Shown: one piece after another, positions 37,466 to 51,505 of the stretch
How the letters are laid out: every line of letters starts with the position of its first letter
Position numbering within the stretch: the first letter of the stretch is position 1
DNA from: Antechinus flavipes
Lineage: Eukaryota
Direction of reading: 5' to 3'
NCBI RefSeq assembly: GCF_016432865.1
Contig: NC_067400.1
Span: 245,148,001-245,212,000, forward strand
Length of the DNA stretch: 64,000 nucleotides
Translations under genes and position numbers: made by a program
The notes under the pieces: generated by a model
Databases searched by the model: none
What the model saw: the letters and a program-made list of their open reading frames with translations, nothing else
What the model was told of the DNA's origin: nothing

Positions 37466-37906
37466 CTGAAAGATATATTAAATACATTGTTTTCAAACCT
37501 TAATTTTTTGAAGATCTCTGAAACATAATACATTATGTTAAAGATTTTTTTTTAACTTAGAGGAAATATAACCACATTAAGTTCAAGATATGATATGCAT
37601 TCAATTAAGCACTTATTAAGCAGATACTAATGTAGAACTATCCTAGGTATTAAGGAAGATTCAAAGAGAAATGGCATGGTGTCTATCCTCATAATTTATA
37701 AACTCTGGAGTTTTGAAATAATGATAATGATTGAATTGGAGGATATGAAAAAATATCATTTAATAAAAAAGAACCAACAAAAATTACAATTGTATTCATA
37801 GAAAAATAACTTTACTACATCTTTACATATGTAAGTAAATATCATAAAAATTGAAATAATTGGATATTAAATTTATTTTGTTAATTTCACAAGTAATATC
37901 TTTACT

Positions 37907-38057
37907 GGGCAACTAGGTGGCACAGTGAATAGAGCACCAGCCCTGAAGTCAGGAGGACCTGAGTTCAAATGTGATGTCAGACACTTAACACTTCCTAGCT
38001 GTGTAACCCTGGGCAAGTCACTTAACCCCAAGTGCTTCAGCAAAACAAACAAAAAAC
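37907..38057 (+). mobile_element. WSINE1-like SINE
   Basis: gggcaactaggtggcacagtgaatagagcaccagccctgaagtcaggaggacctgagttcaaa... with A-rich tail. Confidence 0.9.
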
Positions 38058-39434
38058 AAGTAAATATCCTAATCATGACAAGTAAATTAAAATGAGTATT
38101 GGATAGAGGTACATGTGAGAGAAAGGAGGCTGAGTTCTTCTTAAAAAACAATACTGTTTAATTCCTGATCACAAAAGGACCATTGTTATAATTTAATCAA
38201 TGCAATAAATCTCACAAATTATGTGTAGTGGGATTTTTTTCCCCCAAGAAAAAGTAACCTATTCCTGATCTAATCATGGTTCTTTACAATGCTTTTATTT
38301 GCATTTGTATTAAATTTGTTTGTGAACAAATCTTACATTAGGCTCCAGAAAGACAGGAACCCCACATTTTATTTACCTTTGTATTGGTTTCAATGCCTTG
38401 GACACAAATGCTTCTAAAATTCTCAAATTAATGAGCTAAATTTACAAATGAATTTGTAGGGAAAAAATGACAAGAATAATAAAAAAATGCCTCTTTTTCA
38501 GTTATAAGATCTGAAATACTGAGGGGAGTGACAAAAACTAAAAGGAAAATTAAAATTAACATTTACTTTGAGAGTCAATAAAACCATATTTTTTCTTTTC
38601 TATTCACATTTCTCCCAGGATTCAGTATCTGAGTCGGCATATACTCATAATGTGAAATACAGAAATAATATAAGCCTTTTCCCAAGATTCTCTTTACAAA
38701 TAAAGTATATTGCTCTCTGATTTAGTTGCTAACTTGGGACCTTACAGGTTTTTGTTTCCGAATGAAGCCTAAATTGTAAGGCAGAAGCCTAAACTACTTT
38801 AGCTTTTGGTTTTAGTAAAACATGTTCGCCTTGGTTTGAGGATAAAAGCTCTCCCTTTCATCATACATATGAAGGTTGCACATGAAATATTTCTAAGAGG
38901 TAAAAATGCTTTCAAGCATAGGTACTTCCATTAGTATAATTTTGCTTGGAAGGTGGCCTTGCTAATATATCAGCTTCCATAAATATTCATTTGTTCATTC
39001 ATTCATGAGTTCAACATTCATTTCAACAAGTACATATACATACAAATTCTTACATATATATTTTTAGCAATAGTCATGCAATTTTTGAGAGAATCTCTAA
39101 CATCAGGAAAATTTAAAAATGTAAAGTAGAAAATATCAGTAACTCATCTATAGAATATTATTCAAATTATTAGTCAATTTAATTTCAATCAGTTTTTCAT
39201 CTAACAGGAATAGAACAGATGATTTTCAAGGATATTTACAACTCTTACATTGTATGAGATTAGAATTCTTTCCTAACTGATTGTTCCTCACTTATGATCA
39301 ATTTTATAATTAATAGAAAGTGTCTGACACTGAGAGTGAGGAGACGTGCATTTTAATGCTGGCAGCTATCATTAGGAAATTCATGTACTAAAACAATTTA
39401 TCAAGAAAGTACCAATAGGAGCTACCAGAGAATA

Positions 39435-40675
39435 TCTGCCAATCCAGTGGCATTTTCTCAATCTTCATTTACCTCAACTTTTTTCACATTTTGAAAATGT
39501 TGATCATTTTTCCTTCCTTCAAATTTTCTTCTCTCTAAGTCTCCAGGATACCACTCTCTCCTGGTTTACTTCTTACCTACTTGACCACTCCTCAATCTGC
39601 TTTGCTGTCTATTTTCATCTAGACTATGCCTCTAAATGTAGATATCAGTCAGAGGGTTCCATGATAGATTCTCTTCACTTCTTCAGCTATACTACTTTAC
39701 TTAGCATACCCATCAAGTCCTCTGGATTTAAATAACAATCCTATGCTAATGATTCTCAAATCTAACTTTTTTTTCCCCATATCCTCTCTGTTGAATTTTT
39801 ATCTTACATCTTCAACAGCCTTTCAGTAATTTCAAACTGGATGTCCAATAAACATCTTAAACTCAAAATATCCAATACTGATTTTGTTATTTTTCTTCCT
39901 AAACATTTTATTTCCTACTAATTTTCCTATTATTATAGAGGATGATATTATTCTCCAAGTCACTCAGGCTCACAACTTAAGTGGCATCCTTAATACTTCT
40001 TAACATCTGCTGAACACTCTCCTTTCTTTCCTTTGATCTCATGCCTGGACTTTTGCAATAATCTGCTATTGGGTCTATTTGTTCAAATCTTTCTCATCCT
40101 CCATTCAGCCACCTAAATCATTTCCCTAAAGTAATTTTCTTACCATATCATCCAAAGTACTCAATAAATTTCAATAGTACCTTATTGCCTCAAAATCAAA
40201 TGCAAAATCTTCTGGCATTCAAATACTTTGTAATCTAGATCCCTTTTAATCTAGATCCCTTCTGCTATTCAAATGTTCTGATACTTTATTTTCTACTACA
40301 TGATCTTTAATGCAATAGCATGGACCTCTATACTATTCCATAAATAAAAAATTTCATCTCTTGACTCCAGGCATTTAATCTGGCTGTCTTCTATACCCAG
40401 AATGTTCTTTTTCCTCATCTCTGGCTATAAAGTTTCTTGGCATTCTTTCAGTCCCAACTAAAATCTTATCTTCTAGGGGAAACCTTTCCAAATTCCCCTT
40501 ATTCCTAATGCTTTTTCACTCTTAATTTTTTTCTTATTTATCCTGTATATAGTTTGTTTATACAAATCTGTTTACTTGTTTCCCCCATTAGATTTCATGA
40601 TCTATGAGAATAGGTACTCTCTAGCACAGTAAGTGGACAGTTAATAAATGCTGATTAAATTGACTGATTGATATA
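39435..40675 (+). mobile_element. L2 LINE (RT and 3' end) in intron 2
   Basis: atccagtggcattttctcaatcttcatt RT start and L2 tail ttaataaatgctgattaaattgactgattga. Confidence 0.8.
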
Positions 40676-41253
40676 GCAACAAGTGGTTATGAAACTATAT
40701 TTTGACCTTTAGTCTCATTTTTGACATGTTTTTGCCTGATGTTATGTTCATATATGCAAAAGGCTAAAACAATTAGAAGATTCACTCAGTTTTGTTATTT
40801 AGAGTCTATTGACCAAATCAAATCAAAATGACTGTTTTGTCCTCCAAATATATTTGTGTTTATGTAAAACTTGTGTCTTTTTTTGTCTTTTAGCACTGTT
40901 ATTGTGAATAATAAGTAGTTAACTGGGAAAATCTTATTTTCCATAACACTATCCGCAAGCCAAGAGAAAAGCCAGAATTTTAATTCTTAATCTAAGTCCC
41001 TAGTCCTCACTTGATCCTTCTTTACCATACTATCTCTAGATGACACTGCTTAAGTTTTGCTGACTTGAAAGAACTCTTAGGGCAGAAGAGGTGATCCATG
41101 TTGGGCATTTCTTTAATACTGCCTTATTCTCAGCAATACTCTTGTTCTTCATAGTGATGATTTTCTCTGCCTTATCTTTTCCATGAATTTGAACTTAGGA
41201 AACTTACAAGACAAAATACTTGGTCCAAAAAACGACAATTCTGGAGAACTTAC

Positions 41254-41324
41254 CTTGGTAAACCAGTTGCGATGCAAACTAGATCCATGATGTCACTGGA
41301 ACTGCAATATTTGCTAAACACCAC
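41254..41324 (-). CDS. PDE9A: PDE9A coding exon 2 (71 nt, [24 protein letters not shown])
   Basis: Acceptor ttctatttcaaag|GTG, donor AAG|gtaagt; matches recalled [24 protein letters not shown]; phase 0 to 2. Confidence 0.97.
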
Positions 41325-44300
41325 CTTTGAAATAGAATAGTAACAGAACAATAAAAAACAAGGCAGGAAAATCTCCAGTTAGTTTCCTGATGATATCAAA
41401 TTCTATGTGCTTTTAATATAGTTAAAATTTAATAGTTCATTTTTTTTGAGCAAATAAAATATCTGTGGACACTGGAATATTATTATATTACTAGATACAT
41501 TTTAAATTATGCCTTTCTGTAAATATTATGTAGCAAAATACTTTTATATAGTATAAATACAGTTTTGAAAACAAAGGTAAACTAATCTTAAGATAGCTGC
41601 TTATAATAAAATATGACTTTAATTACCATTAATATTAGGTGGACCATCTTAGCATTCTAGGCTAAGAAACATCAAACTAATATAATGGTGGTAGTGGTGA
41701 TGGTGATGGTGATGGTAGAAAAGAAATGATTGGGATACCCCTGATCAATTGATTTTTTCACAGGCTAATTAACAAAATCCCAGAAGCTGAGGAAATAGTT
41801 ATTAAAGAAAACAGGGTATTAAGGTCTTAAATACTTTTTTAAAGGGTTACACATTGATAGCACTTCAAAAAGTATGAAATTCTCTCATTAAAACTGATGG
41901 AATTAATGGGCAGCTACTCATTGATTGATTAGCTCCAAATAAATCTTTAAAAAGTGAGACATAATCTTTTAAATCATCAGTTGAAGTAGGAGCCAGTTTT
42001 GAAGAATTTGAGGCCTGGTAGCATGGAAGAGAGTACGTTATGAAATAACTTTGTCTCTTAGGAAGGGGATGGAATGGAATTTCTTCTTCCTCTTTTTATT
42101 GGTCATGGTGTCTCATATCAGTAGGAGACACACTGAGACAATAAAAACTTGGAGTTGAGAAAAGAGTTACCCCTGGCCATTAGACATTGACTCATGGAGA
42201 AAAAAGAGGCTCAAGGGACCTAGCTGAATGACCTATCCACTAGAAATGGTGAATCTAGAGGAAGAAAAATGAGGATACTTCTGGGCTTTGAAAAATCCAT
42301 CATTTGTGAGTTGCTTTGATCACATATTCTTCCTAAATACACATATTTCTACTGGTATATTCTATATGTGTATTCAATATTCTCATTGCAGTTCTATAGA
42401 ATCGTGAGATAGTGTAACCTAGATTTATGATGTGGTACAGGGAATATATTAAATATTTTTATTATTTCACTATTGATGGTGCTTTTAAACATCAAGTAGC
42501 TTTCCTGTTTGTTCTTTTAATCATGTCAATTTTTAAAAACTGGTCTAATACCTTCATTATTTTTAGATTAGAAAACTGGGACCTAGGGAAGTTAAAAGGC
42601 TTGCCCAAGGCCATGTAGAATTGATCACATGCAGTATTTAAACCATGGGATTTTTAAAATTATTATTACAGAGCCAATGTTCTTTTCACTGAACTGAGCT
42701 TTCTATTAATTCTGTAAGTTTCTTGGCTAGTCTTTTATAATCTTTTTTGACTATTACATTCATCCACATAAGTATAAAATTGTGGCAACATTCTTTTCAA
42801 AAAGATTTATGACTTTTCCTTTGAAGACTTAGGGATTAAGGACAGTTGCCTATTTCACATTATTTCCCAAACTCTTTGTGAGTCTTCAAACTTTAAATAT
42901 ATTTCTTGTAAACAAAATATTGTTGAACTCCTCTTTTTATCCATTCTGTATTTCTCTTCCATTTTATGGTTAAGTTCATTCCATTTACAATCATGACTAT
43001 GACCATTAATTGTGTATTTAGCTCCATCAAATTCTTTTTTTCTTCTTTGCTGCTATCTTTTACAAAAAAGACAGAGAAATAGGACTGTGAGAAATATTGC
43101 TATATCTATAAATAAATAGCTATTGCATTATCTCTCTTCTTTTTATGATAGCCTGGTGTCAGTCACTAAATCTTTTATGTTCTTTATTTTTTAAAAAAAT
43201 CTCTGTATTAAAATTCACCCACTGAAACAAAAAAAAAAATTACTTCTGTGTATTCTCTGACATACTTTAATCTGTTTTAAAAATTCAACTTTCTTCTCTT
43301 TTCATTCCCCATCTATTTTTCTTTAGAGTCTAATTTATTGCTGCACTGAATTATATGTATGTGTTTTTGGTTTTTACTTTCCCTTGCCTGGTTGAGATAA
43401 AAGTGAGGTTCATAATATGCCTGTTCTTCTCACCCCTCCCTGAATATTTTCATAGTTTTCTTGTGCTCCTAAATTATGAGAAACAGTAAGTTCTTCATCC
43501 TAGTTTTTCATTTCTTTTCTTACATCTTTTAAAATAATCAAAACAAAACAAAATCATCCTAAAACACAGAGTTTTTCTTATATCTTCTTCATAAATGTGA
43601 TTTAAACAGTTCATCATCATTTTGTTGATGTTTGGTAATGTCTGACTGTGGGTAGATCAAAGGAGTTTCTTTTAATTAACTAAATACAAACAGAAAGTGA
43701 CTGAAAAAAATTTATATTAAAAAGCTAATATGACAAAGATAAAAAAACTTCAATCCAGAGCAAGTGATTCTGAAAGTCTAAAATTGGAATGAATTCTAGA
43801 AAAATGACAATTTTCTGTATGCTGAAAGGTTTTTTCCTTTTTGTAACCACTATAATTTGTATGATCATTGTGATGGACTTGGCTCTTCTCATCAATGCAG
43901 TGAAAATGGAATAATCATTCTCTCCCACTAAAAGACTGCTAATTCTAGATTTATATTGTCTGGGTTCAGGTCTGGGAGACAAGGAAGCCTGGTATCTAAA
44001 GAAAGGGGTCAAGTTCTTTTTAGATAAGGATTTGTTGGGTTTGCCTAATGGGGAGGCTCTCTGAGGGACTTTTGGAACATGTCTCTATAATCTAACAAGG
44101 AAGCCTCTGCACCCTCTATCACATAAGTAGTTATAAGCCTCCTCTGACAGGCTACATAGTTAGAGAAGGCAATGTTTTTAAACCTGGCAGGACTGAAATG
44201 GCTGTTTTCTTTTTTGTCAATTTTTCTGCTGCTCTTTCAGTCTCATTCCTTTGTTCTTGCACTCTAGAAGATGGTGACTTAAACTCAAACCACTCTAACC

Positions 44301-45619
44301 TTCACTGATTAGCCAACAAAAGATCTGAGACTGCACTTATTTGGTCTTTGTTTTGACCCAGTTTGACTCAGAGTGAAAGTAAATATCAATTTTTTTAAAT
44401 CAGAAACTCTGAGGGCCTTCCCCTTCCAGATAGATTGCTTTTTTGGGGGGGCTAGGTAAAAAGGGTTATTCTTTACCTCATTTCTTTCTAGCCTTATTCA
44501 CTGAAAAGGTACTTATCTCAGTCAAACTGAGATTTGTTCAAGACCTTACCTCAAAAAGAGCAAGGTCTTCCACTGTATCAAGAGTCATCCTGATGGATAA
44601 CTGATCATTTGAATGGGCCACTGAACCTAGATGGTTCCAGAGGAGATAATGAAGCTAGTGACCTCTCACAGCTTTCCATCACTCAAACGCAATTCATTTG
44701 TGTGAAATGGCAACACCTCCTTGATGTCATGGTTATCTTTGAGAACAAGAACAAAAAACTTTTTCTGCTGTATTCAAAGGGTAGAGATCACAGTTCATCC
44801 ATGATTCAGATACTGCCAGGAATTAAATTAATAAGAGGAGAAGGATTTTCTTCCCTTACTCATATGTGATCTGGGCAAGTGCCAAAAAGCTCTGATTATG
44901 TCTCTTTTTGCCCCCACCTTAGAACCCCAAGGAAGATCACTTAGGGTTGAAGTTTGGCTCATATCTAAGATTCTCCCTGAAAAGGAATATTTAAGTATTC
45001 ATTGTACAGTGTAGATCAGATATAATATAGGTATTTCCTCCACACAAACGAAGTGTATAAAACATAAAATGCCCAAATGTACAAATTGACAAAGACTTAA
45101 ATATTATACAGTAAGCAATAAAGGAGAAGGAAGCAAGTATGTTCATGCACTTTGTCAAAATGCTTTATAAATATCTCATTTGATGCTCATAACAACCTTT
45201 GTGGGTAGGTGCTACTATTATTTCTATTTTACAGATAAGAAAAACGAGGCTGACAGAAGTGAAATCACTTGCCTGAAATGATTTAACAGAGTTTAAGTGA
45301 CATACCTAGAGTTACACACCTATTTAGTGTCTAAAGCCAGATTTGAACTTAGGTCTCCCTGATTAAACATGTAGTGTTCTAACTACTGTAGCACTTTCCC
45401 ACCCAATTATATTCTTCTAAAATTCACTATAATAACTTAATTCCCATTATACTTTCACTAGAGATTGATATTTAAAATATTAAGATATGAGGCACTTAAT
45501 ACCTTAAATAGGCATTTGACTTTAACTTGGATTCTTCACTGTCTGAACAACATTCTCAAGGTCCATATCTTCTGACAAATCAGGGATAGGGGTTGTGTTT
45601 CTTCTTCTGTTGCTGGTCA

Positions 45620-45767
45620 TTTTTTTTTTTCCTGAGGCAATTGGGGTTAAGTGACTTGCCCAGGGTCACACAGGAAGGAAGTGTTAAATGTCTTGAGAAC
45701 AAATTTGAACTCAGGTCCTCCTGACTTCAGGGCTGGTTCTCTATCCACTATACCACCTAGTGGCCCA
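45620..45767 (-). mobile_element. WSINE1-like SINE with 13-bp TSD
   Basis: TSD tgctggtcatttt at 45611-45623 and 45768-45780; poly(T) at left. Confidence 0.9.
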
Positions 45768-46339
45768 TGCTGGTCATTTTCTGAGAAGTTTTCAAGTGCA
45801 GTATCCACATGAAAATAAGCACTGATGAGGAATTTATAAACTCATGAGCTTCCAAGATAGTCATGGATATTCAGTTATTTATGTTCAAGGAAAGAAACAT
45901 GAAGCAGAAAAGATAACTGGTGGTCTGCACTTCAGATCAAAGGCAACATTTGTTGTAGCTCTTATTTGAAAGTAGCCACAATAAATACTCCTAAGCCAGA
46001 GGAGAAATAATTCCAGGGAATCCCAGAAAGAGAGTTCCATGCCACATATTGTTGGAGTATGTTAGATCAGGGTGGGATTTCCAAAACATCTCACGTATTG
46101 TAGCCAGGTACATGATTTACTTGTCTTCAAATATTATCATTGCAGAAATCTTGTCCATATACTTTCATAAGTTAGCCAAATTCTAGGGACTATTTCTCTT
46201 TTATTTTGATAATACAACTCTGTCCTTGCATGATTAGCCAAATGTTTTTCGTTTTTTTTTTTTAATCATATATTTCTTTGATAAGAGGGCTCAGGACTTT
46301 GATCTACTTTTTAGTAGTTTAACAGATTAAGCAAAATGA

Positions 46340-46550
46340 TAGTCATCTGTCCATGCTTCCTTTCTCTTTTTTTCTTTCTTCCTTTCTTTTTTACCTTTCC
46401 CTTTCTTTCCTACTCTATTCTCTCTCCTTCACCATTCTTTCACATATCTCCTCTACTCTTTTCTCTTCTTCCTTTTCTGCCTCTTCTCTCCCCACTTTCT
46501 TCTTTTCCCTTCTATTTTCTTCTTCCTTCCTCTCTATACCTTGAATTTTT
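46340..46550. repeat. Pyrimidine-rich low-complexity tract
   Basis: Almost entirely C/T on the plus strand; explains the F/L/S-rich ORFs 46336-46614 and 46353-46544. Confidence 0.85.
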
Positions 46551-49500
46551 CTTTAGGAAACAAAAATCTTATTTCCCTGTCAAAAAATATAACTCTTTCC
46601 ACGAGAACTTGTAAAAAAGAATTGGAGTTTCTCCCAGATCTACTTCATATCTGCTACTTATAGAACTGGCTTCACATCTGAGTCAGTTATTATTTATGCA
46701 AAAGGTTGGCTACCACATGCAAGACTGAAAGCCTAAATTACAGTTTTTGTTTCCTACGATCTGGGATGTTTGCTTGCTTTTTCCCCATACCCAGTGACAA
46801 ACTCTTTAAACAATTCTTCATCCTTCTCACAGTTGATCCTTCTGTTTTTTTTTTCTTTAGTGTGATATGATACACGAATGTAAGGAATATCTCAAAAGCC
46901 TAGGCATGGTTTGATTGGCTACATTTCCACATGCAAAGACAGGGAAAAAATTAGTCTGGTAGAAGAGTCAATGATCTTACTCCTAAGATTTAGCTTGTCT
47001 CAATAACAACCTATCCATGCCCAACAAATACACTTACATAAAGTAAAAGAAGATATTTTGGGTTTGCTAACCCAATGTGGTTGGGACACAGGAAATAAAT
47101 CACCTTTACTTAGAGCATAGTTTTAGTGTTCAGAGTTTGAAAATTGGTAAGTACATAGAATGCCTGCCTTAAACTTGGATGAGGTTTCTGATAGAGGTGC
47201 ATAAGTCTCTGGACTAGGAAAAAGAATACAGAGAACACACCAACTTTTAGGTAGTTAGGACAACGCCTTTCTTTGATCAAAAAGTTTGACATTTGGTTTG
47301 AAGAGTTTCTTGCTGGAAGGATAAAAGATTTTAGTTATTTAATGATGATGTTTGCTCCATCCTTGGGGATCCTCCAAAAAACAAACCTTATATTATGTTG
47401 GAAGGAATTATGAACCTGTTATAGAGTGGTTGGAGAAGTTTCAGCAAGGTCTATGGAGTTGACTGAAACTATAATAGAAAAAAAACTAAAAAAAAAAAAG
47501 AAAGAAAGAAAGAAAGAAAGCCAAGCACTGTTTCTCTAGCAATTTCTTATAAGTGTGTGTCCATTTTCTCCCAGAATGCATTGGTAGAAGAGTGTGACCA
47601 AAATTTATATGCAAATTGTGAATTTTATCAATTGTATACTTGCTTTAATATAAGTATTTGTGGTATTTCTTTTGCCATATAGCTAAGTAAATTTAGCTGT
47701 TTTTCAGACCTAAAAATGTTATTATTACAAGTAGCTAGTTGTATAAATAACACTGACCATGTGGGTGTATTACATTTTGAATGGTTGGTTGAATAAATAG
47801 AAATGCATTGGAGGAGGATAAGAGCTAGAATGTAGAAGGAGGGTGAATTGTCCCTTAACAGAGGATATGACTCTTCGATAATTTGATAATAATGGAGAGT
47901 AGCATTATTGTGGATGGTTTTTCTCTTAGGTTCTAAATCTGTTATTATGAGAAAAGGTTGAGTTAACTGAGCCAATCCAGAAACTAAATAGACATCTAAT
48001 TTGAATATATATGTATATACATATATATGTGTATGTATGTATATATATATAGCTATTAAATTGCAATATAGAAAAGGAAAGATAATTTTTATCAGTGCTT
48101 CATTAGTCATATTCATTCTCAAGATTGTGCCTATACCCTAGTCATTATTTATATGTACTTTGTAATAGTAGTTTGGATAGAACTTTAACTTTCTCTGGAA
48201 TGCTGCAGACCAGAACCAGAACAACCAGAAGAGAAAACTAACAGTTAACAAAAATTTAGTAAGAACTTACTATGTGCGTGGCATTTTTCTAAGTATTATG
48301 GATACAAAAAAAGGCAAACAAAAATTATCTTGTCAAGGAGTTTAAGTTCTAAAGGGGGAGGCATGCAAGCAAGAGTAGATGGAAGGAAATCTGAAAAAAG
48401 GAAGGCATTAGCAACTGGGGCGGCGGGGAGAGGGAAATCAAGAAAGATCTGTAGAAAATAGATACAATCCAGGCTTACCTGGGCATATCCAGTTTGCCTA
48501 GCATAGAGGAGCCCCTGGGGGCATTTGGAGCATGTTCGGACTGCCTAATATGAAGGGATTCTGTGTTCCTTATCATGAGTATGTGGATAGACTCTTTGAA
48601 TTGGCTGCATGCATTTAAAAACTAGTTATATTTACCTGATTATTCTCTTTTTAAACACTTTTTCCTCTATTCTCCTTCCTGTAGCTTACTCACCTATAGC
48701 AATGAATGCCACGAGTTGGTAAAGAGGGAAAGTATTTCATTCCTCTTCTCTTGTTCTTTTATCTTGGCTCAGAGAAATAAGCCTGGGAATGTTTGTTTCT
48801 GTTCTGTGCTGTTTATCCTCCTCAGGTTCAAGTGCCAGAGATGATCCTTCTAGGATCTGAAAGTTCTTTTTGGAGCCAGGATTGAAAACAGGAAGATGTG
48901 ACCAGCCAATATAAGTCTATATAAGTTGTGATGATGCTTTTGAAAATCAATATTGCCACACAAAAGCCAAAATCTCTGTTATAGATTATAATATAATAGT
49001 GTAACAAAGACCACCCTGGTTGCCACCACCTGAAGGCCAGGTAAGAGATATGTTACATTTCAAGATTCTCTTCTAATATTCTCTAGTACTTTTAAAAGGG
49101 TCGTGGGGGTATGGAGTGGAGTTTAGGTACTTTGTAAATGGTTCTAGCTCTCCCCATTGATATTGCCTAAGTGCAAGAGTTGTTCTTTTGCCTCCTAGTT
49201 ACATTAGCTGCTAACAGAGTAACACAATATACAGAAACAAATGAGTACAGTAGCCTAATATTTGGTAAATACAAGAATCTAAGCTATTTAGGCAAGAATT
49301 TACTATTCAATAAAAACTGTTATGGAAACAGTAAAGCAATCTGGCAGAAACTAATAATAGACCAATATCCCACACCGTATGATGAGACAAACTCCAAATG
49401 GATACATGTTTTAGGCACAAAGGGCAATATTATGAACAAATTAGGGAACAGAGAACAAAATATCTGTCAGATCTTTCACTAGAAGATTTCATGACCAAAC

Positions 49501-50969
49501 AAAAGATAGAGAGGTCTACAGAAGGTATAATGGGCAATTTTGATTAAACAAAACTAAAAAAAATTGAACAAATGCAGCTAAAATTAGATGTAGGAAACTG
49601 GGAAAAATCTTTGCAAAAGATTCTTCTGTCAAATACATAGGGAATGGATTCAAATTTATAAGATTAAGAGATATTCCTTAGTTGATAAGTAACCAAAGAA
49701 TATGAAAAGGTAGTTTTCTGAGTAAGCCTTGACAGGCTTTTTGGTTTCTTATAGTGTAGATTTAGTTATCATTGCTCTACACTAGTAATTCCTCTTTTGG
49801 GAAAACTTGAGAGTTAGAGGGTATCTTGGTCACATAACCCAGAAAGTTTCAACTCAATATATTTAAAGAAACTCTAAATGCTGAAAAATAGGAAATGGAT
49901 GAAGAAATCAATGTCAGTTGAGACTATTACCATTTTCTATTGCATTTTAAATGATATAAATCATTCATGAAAATGAGTAGACTAAAAGAACCTTAAAACC
50001 TCACAAAGTCAAAACTTGCTTACCTTGTCATGTGGCAGCCAAAGACAATTAGAATATAAAAACATTTATAAAGCACAGAAGGGGGTAATGGAGAACTTAA
50101 AGGACTGTTACTAGGAGAGAGACAAGGTTTATTTTATTTACTGTAATGCAGTAACCACCACAACTCGTAGCCATATGAAAACATATTCTTGATAAATAAT
50201 TACAGATTTTTTAAAAATAGGAAATCCAATATCCTATTGTGTAAGTCTACCCATGGCAGGGTAAAGGAATCTGTAGATCTCTAGGTCTAAGGCACTCTTT
50301 GAACTTGGAGATGGCATGGGTGGTACCTAATAGAAAAATAGTTATTACTCTTCATCCTTCACTTAAAAGAAATAAGGGGGGGTAGGGCTCTTGCAGGCAT
50401 TTAACAAGTGTTTGTTTTATCTCATAAACTCTTTACATAGGAGTAGAAATGGCAATTGAAAAATAAATAATTAATTGTGTAGCCAGAAGATAATATAAAT
50501 ATGAAAGGGGACTTGCATTTCATTTCATATGGTCATTAATGCATGTGGTAATTGCTGCATATTGTCATCAGGTAGGTATAATTTTGCTGTTTATTTGCAT
50601 ATACCATTCACATGCATAACTTACATAATCTGTTATTATGTAGTTCTGCTTATGCTACTATTGCATTTAATTTTAGGCATATTTATTGGTATCTAATATA
50701 GGTATGTACTGCTATCACATATACACATAATATGCATATATCTTAGATTTTTGGTCACTAGGCAGCTATCTAGCATTTGAAACTAGTATGTAGACAAAAT
50801 CAATTGTTTCTGGGGATAGTATATGTTTAACTGGAGAGAGTTGTGCTTCTATAAACATAATCATAGGAAAAAGGGAAGATAAAGTAATTGACAAAACTGG
50901 CCAAGTCAGAACCCTTTATGGAGTATCAAAGACTCTATTAAGTGCAACACCAAAGGATAAGGAATGTTA

Positions 50970-51505
50970 GGCCATAATTTGGAACTATGCCCAAAGAGTT
51001 ATAAAACTGTTCATACCCTTTGATCTAGCAGTGTCACTATTGGGTCTGTATCTCAAAGAGATCATAAAAGAGGAAAAAAGACCCACATGTGCAAAAATAT
51101 TAGTAGCAACTCTTTATGTGAATGGCAAGGAACTGGAAACTGAATGGATGCCCATCAATTCCAGAACAGCTCAATAAATTATGGTATGTGAATGTAATGG
51201 AATATTATTGTTCTATATGAAATGATGAGCAGGATGATTTCAGAAAAGCCTTGAAAGACTTACATGAATTGATGTTGAAGCAAGGGAGCAGAACTAGGAG
51301 AACATTATATGCAGTAACAGCAAGATTATGTGATAATCATCTCTGATAGATTTAGCTCTTCTCAGCAATACAGGGATCTAAGACAATTACAATAGACTTG
51401 GGATAGAAAATTTCATTCATATTCAGAGGGAAAACTATGGAGACTGAATGCAGATTAAAGCATAATATTTTAACCTCCTTTTTTTTGTTTTCTTTTTCTT
51501 TCTTG
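50970..51505 (+). mobile_element. Older L1 3' fragment
   Basis: ttggaactatgcccaaagagttataaaactg... collinear with 53985-54450. Confidence 0.85.

Noticed and set aside
47628-48122. 164-aa minus-strand ORF in intron 1
   Set aside because: Starts in AT-rich microsatellite-like sequence, has low-complexity composition, and shows no splice or homology support
48460-48580. Possible Tigger-like MITE
   Set aside because: Terminal inverted repeats too weak to support by eye
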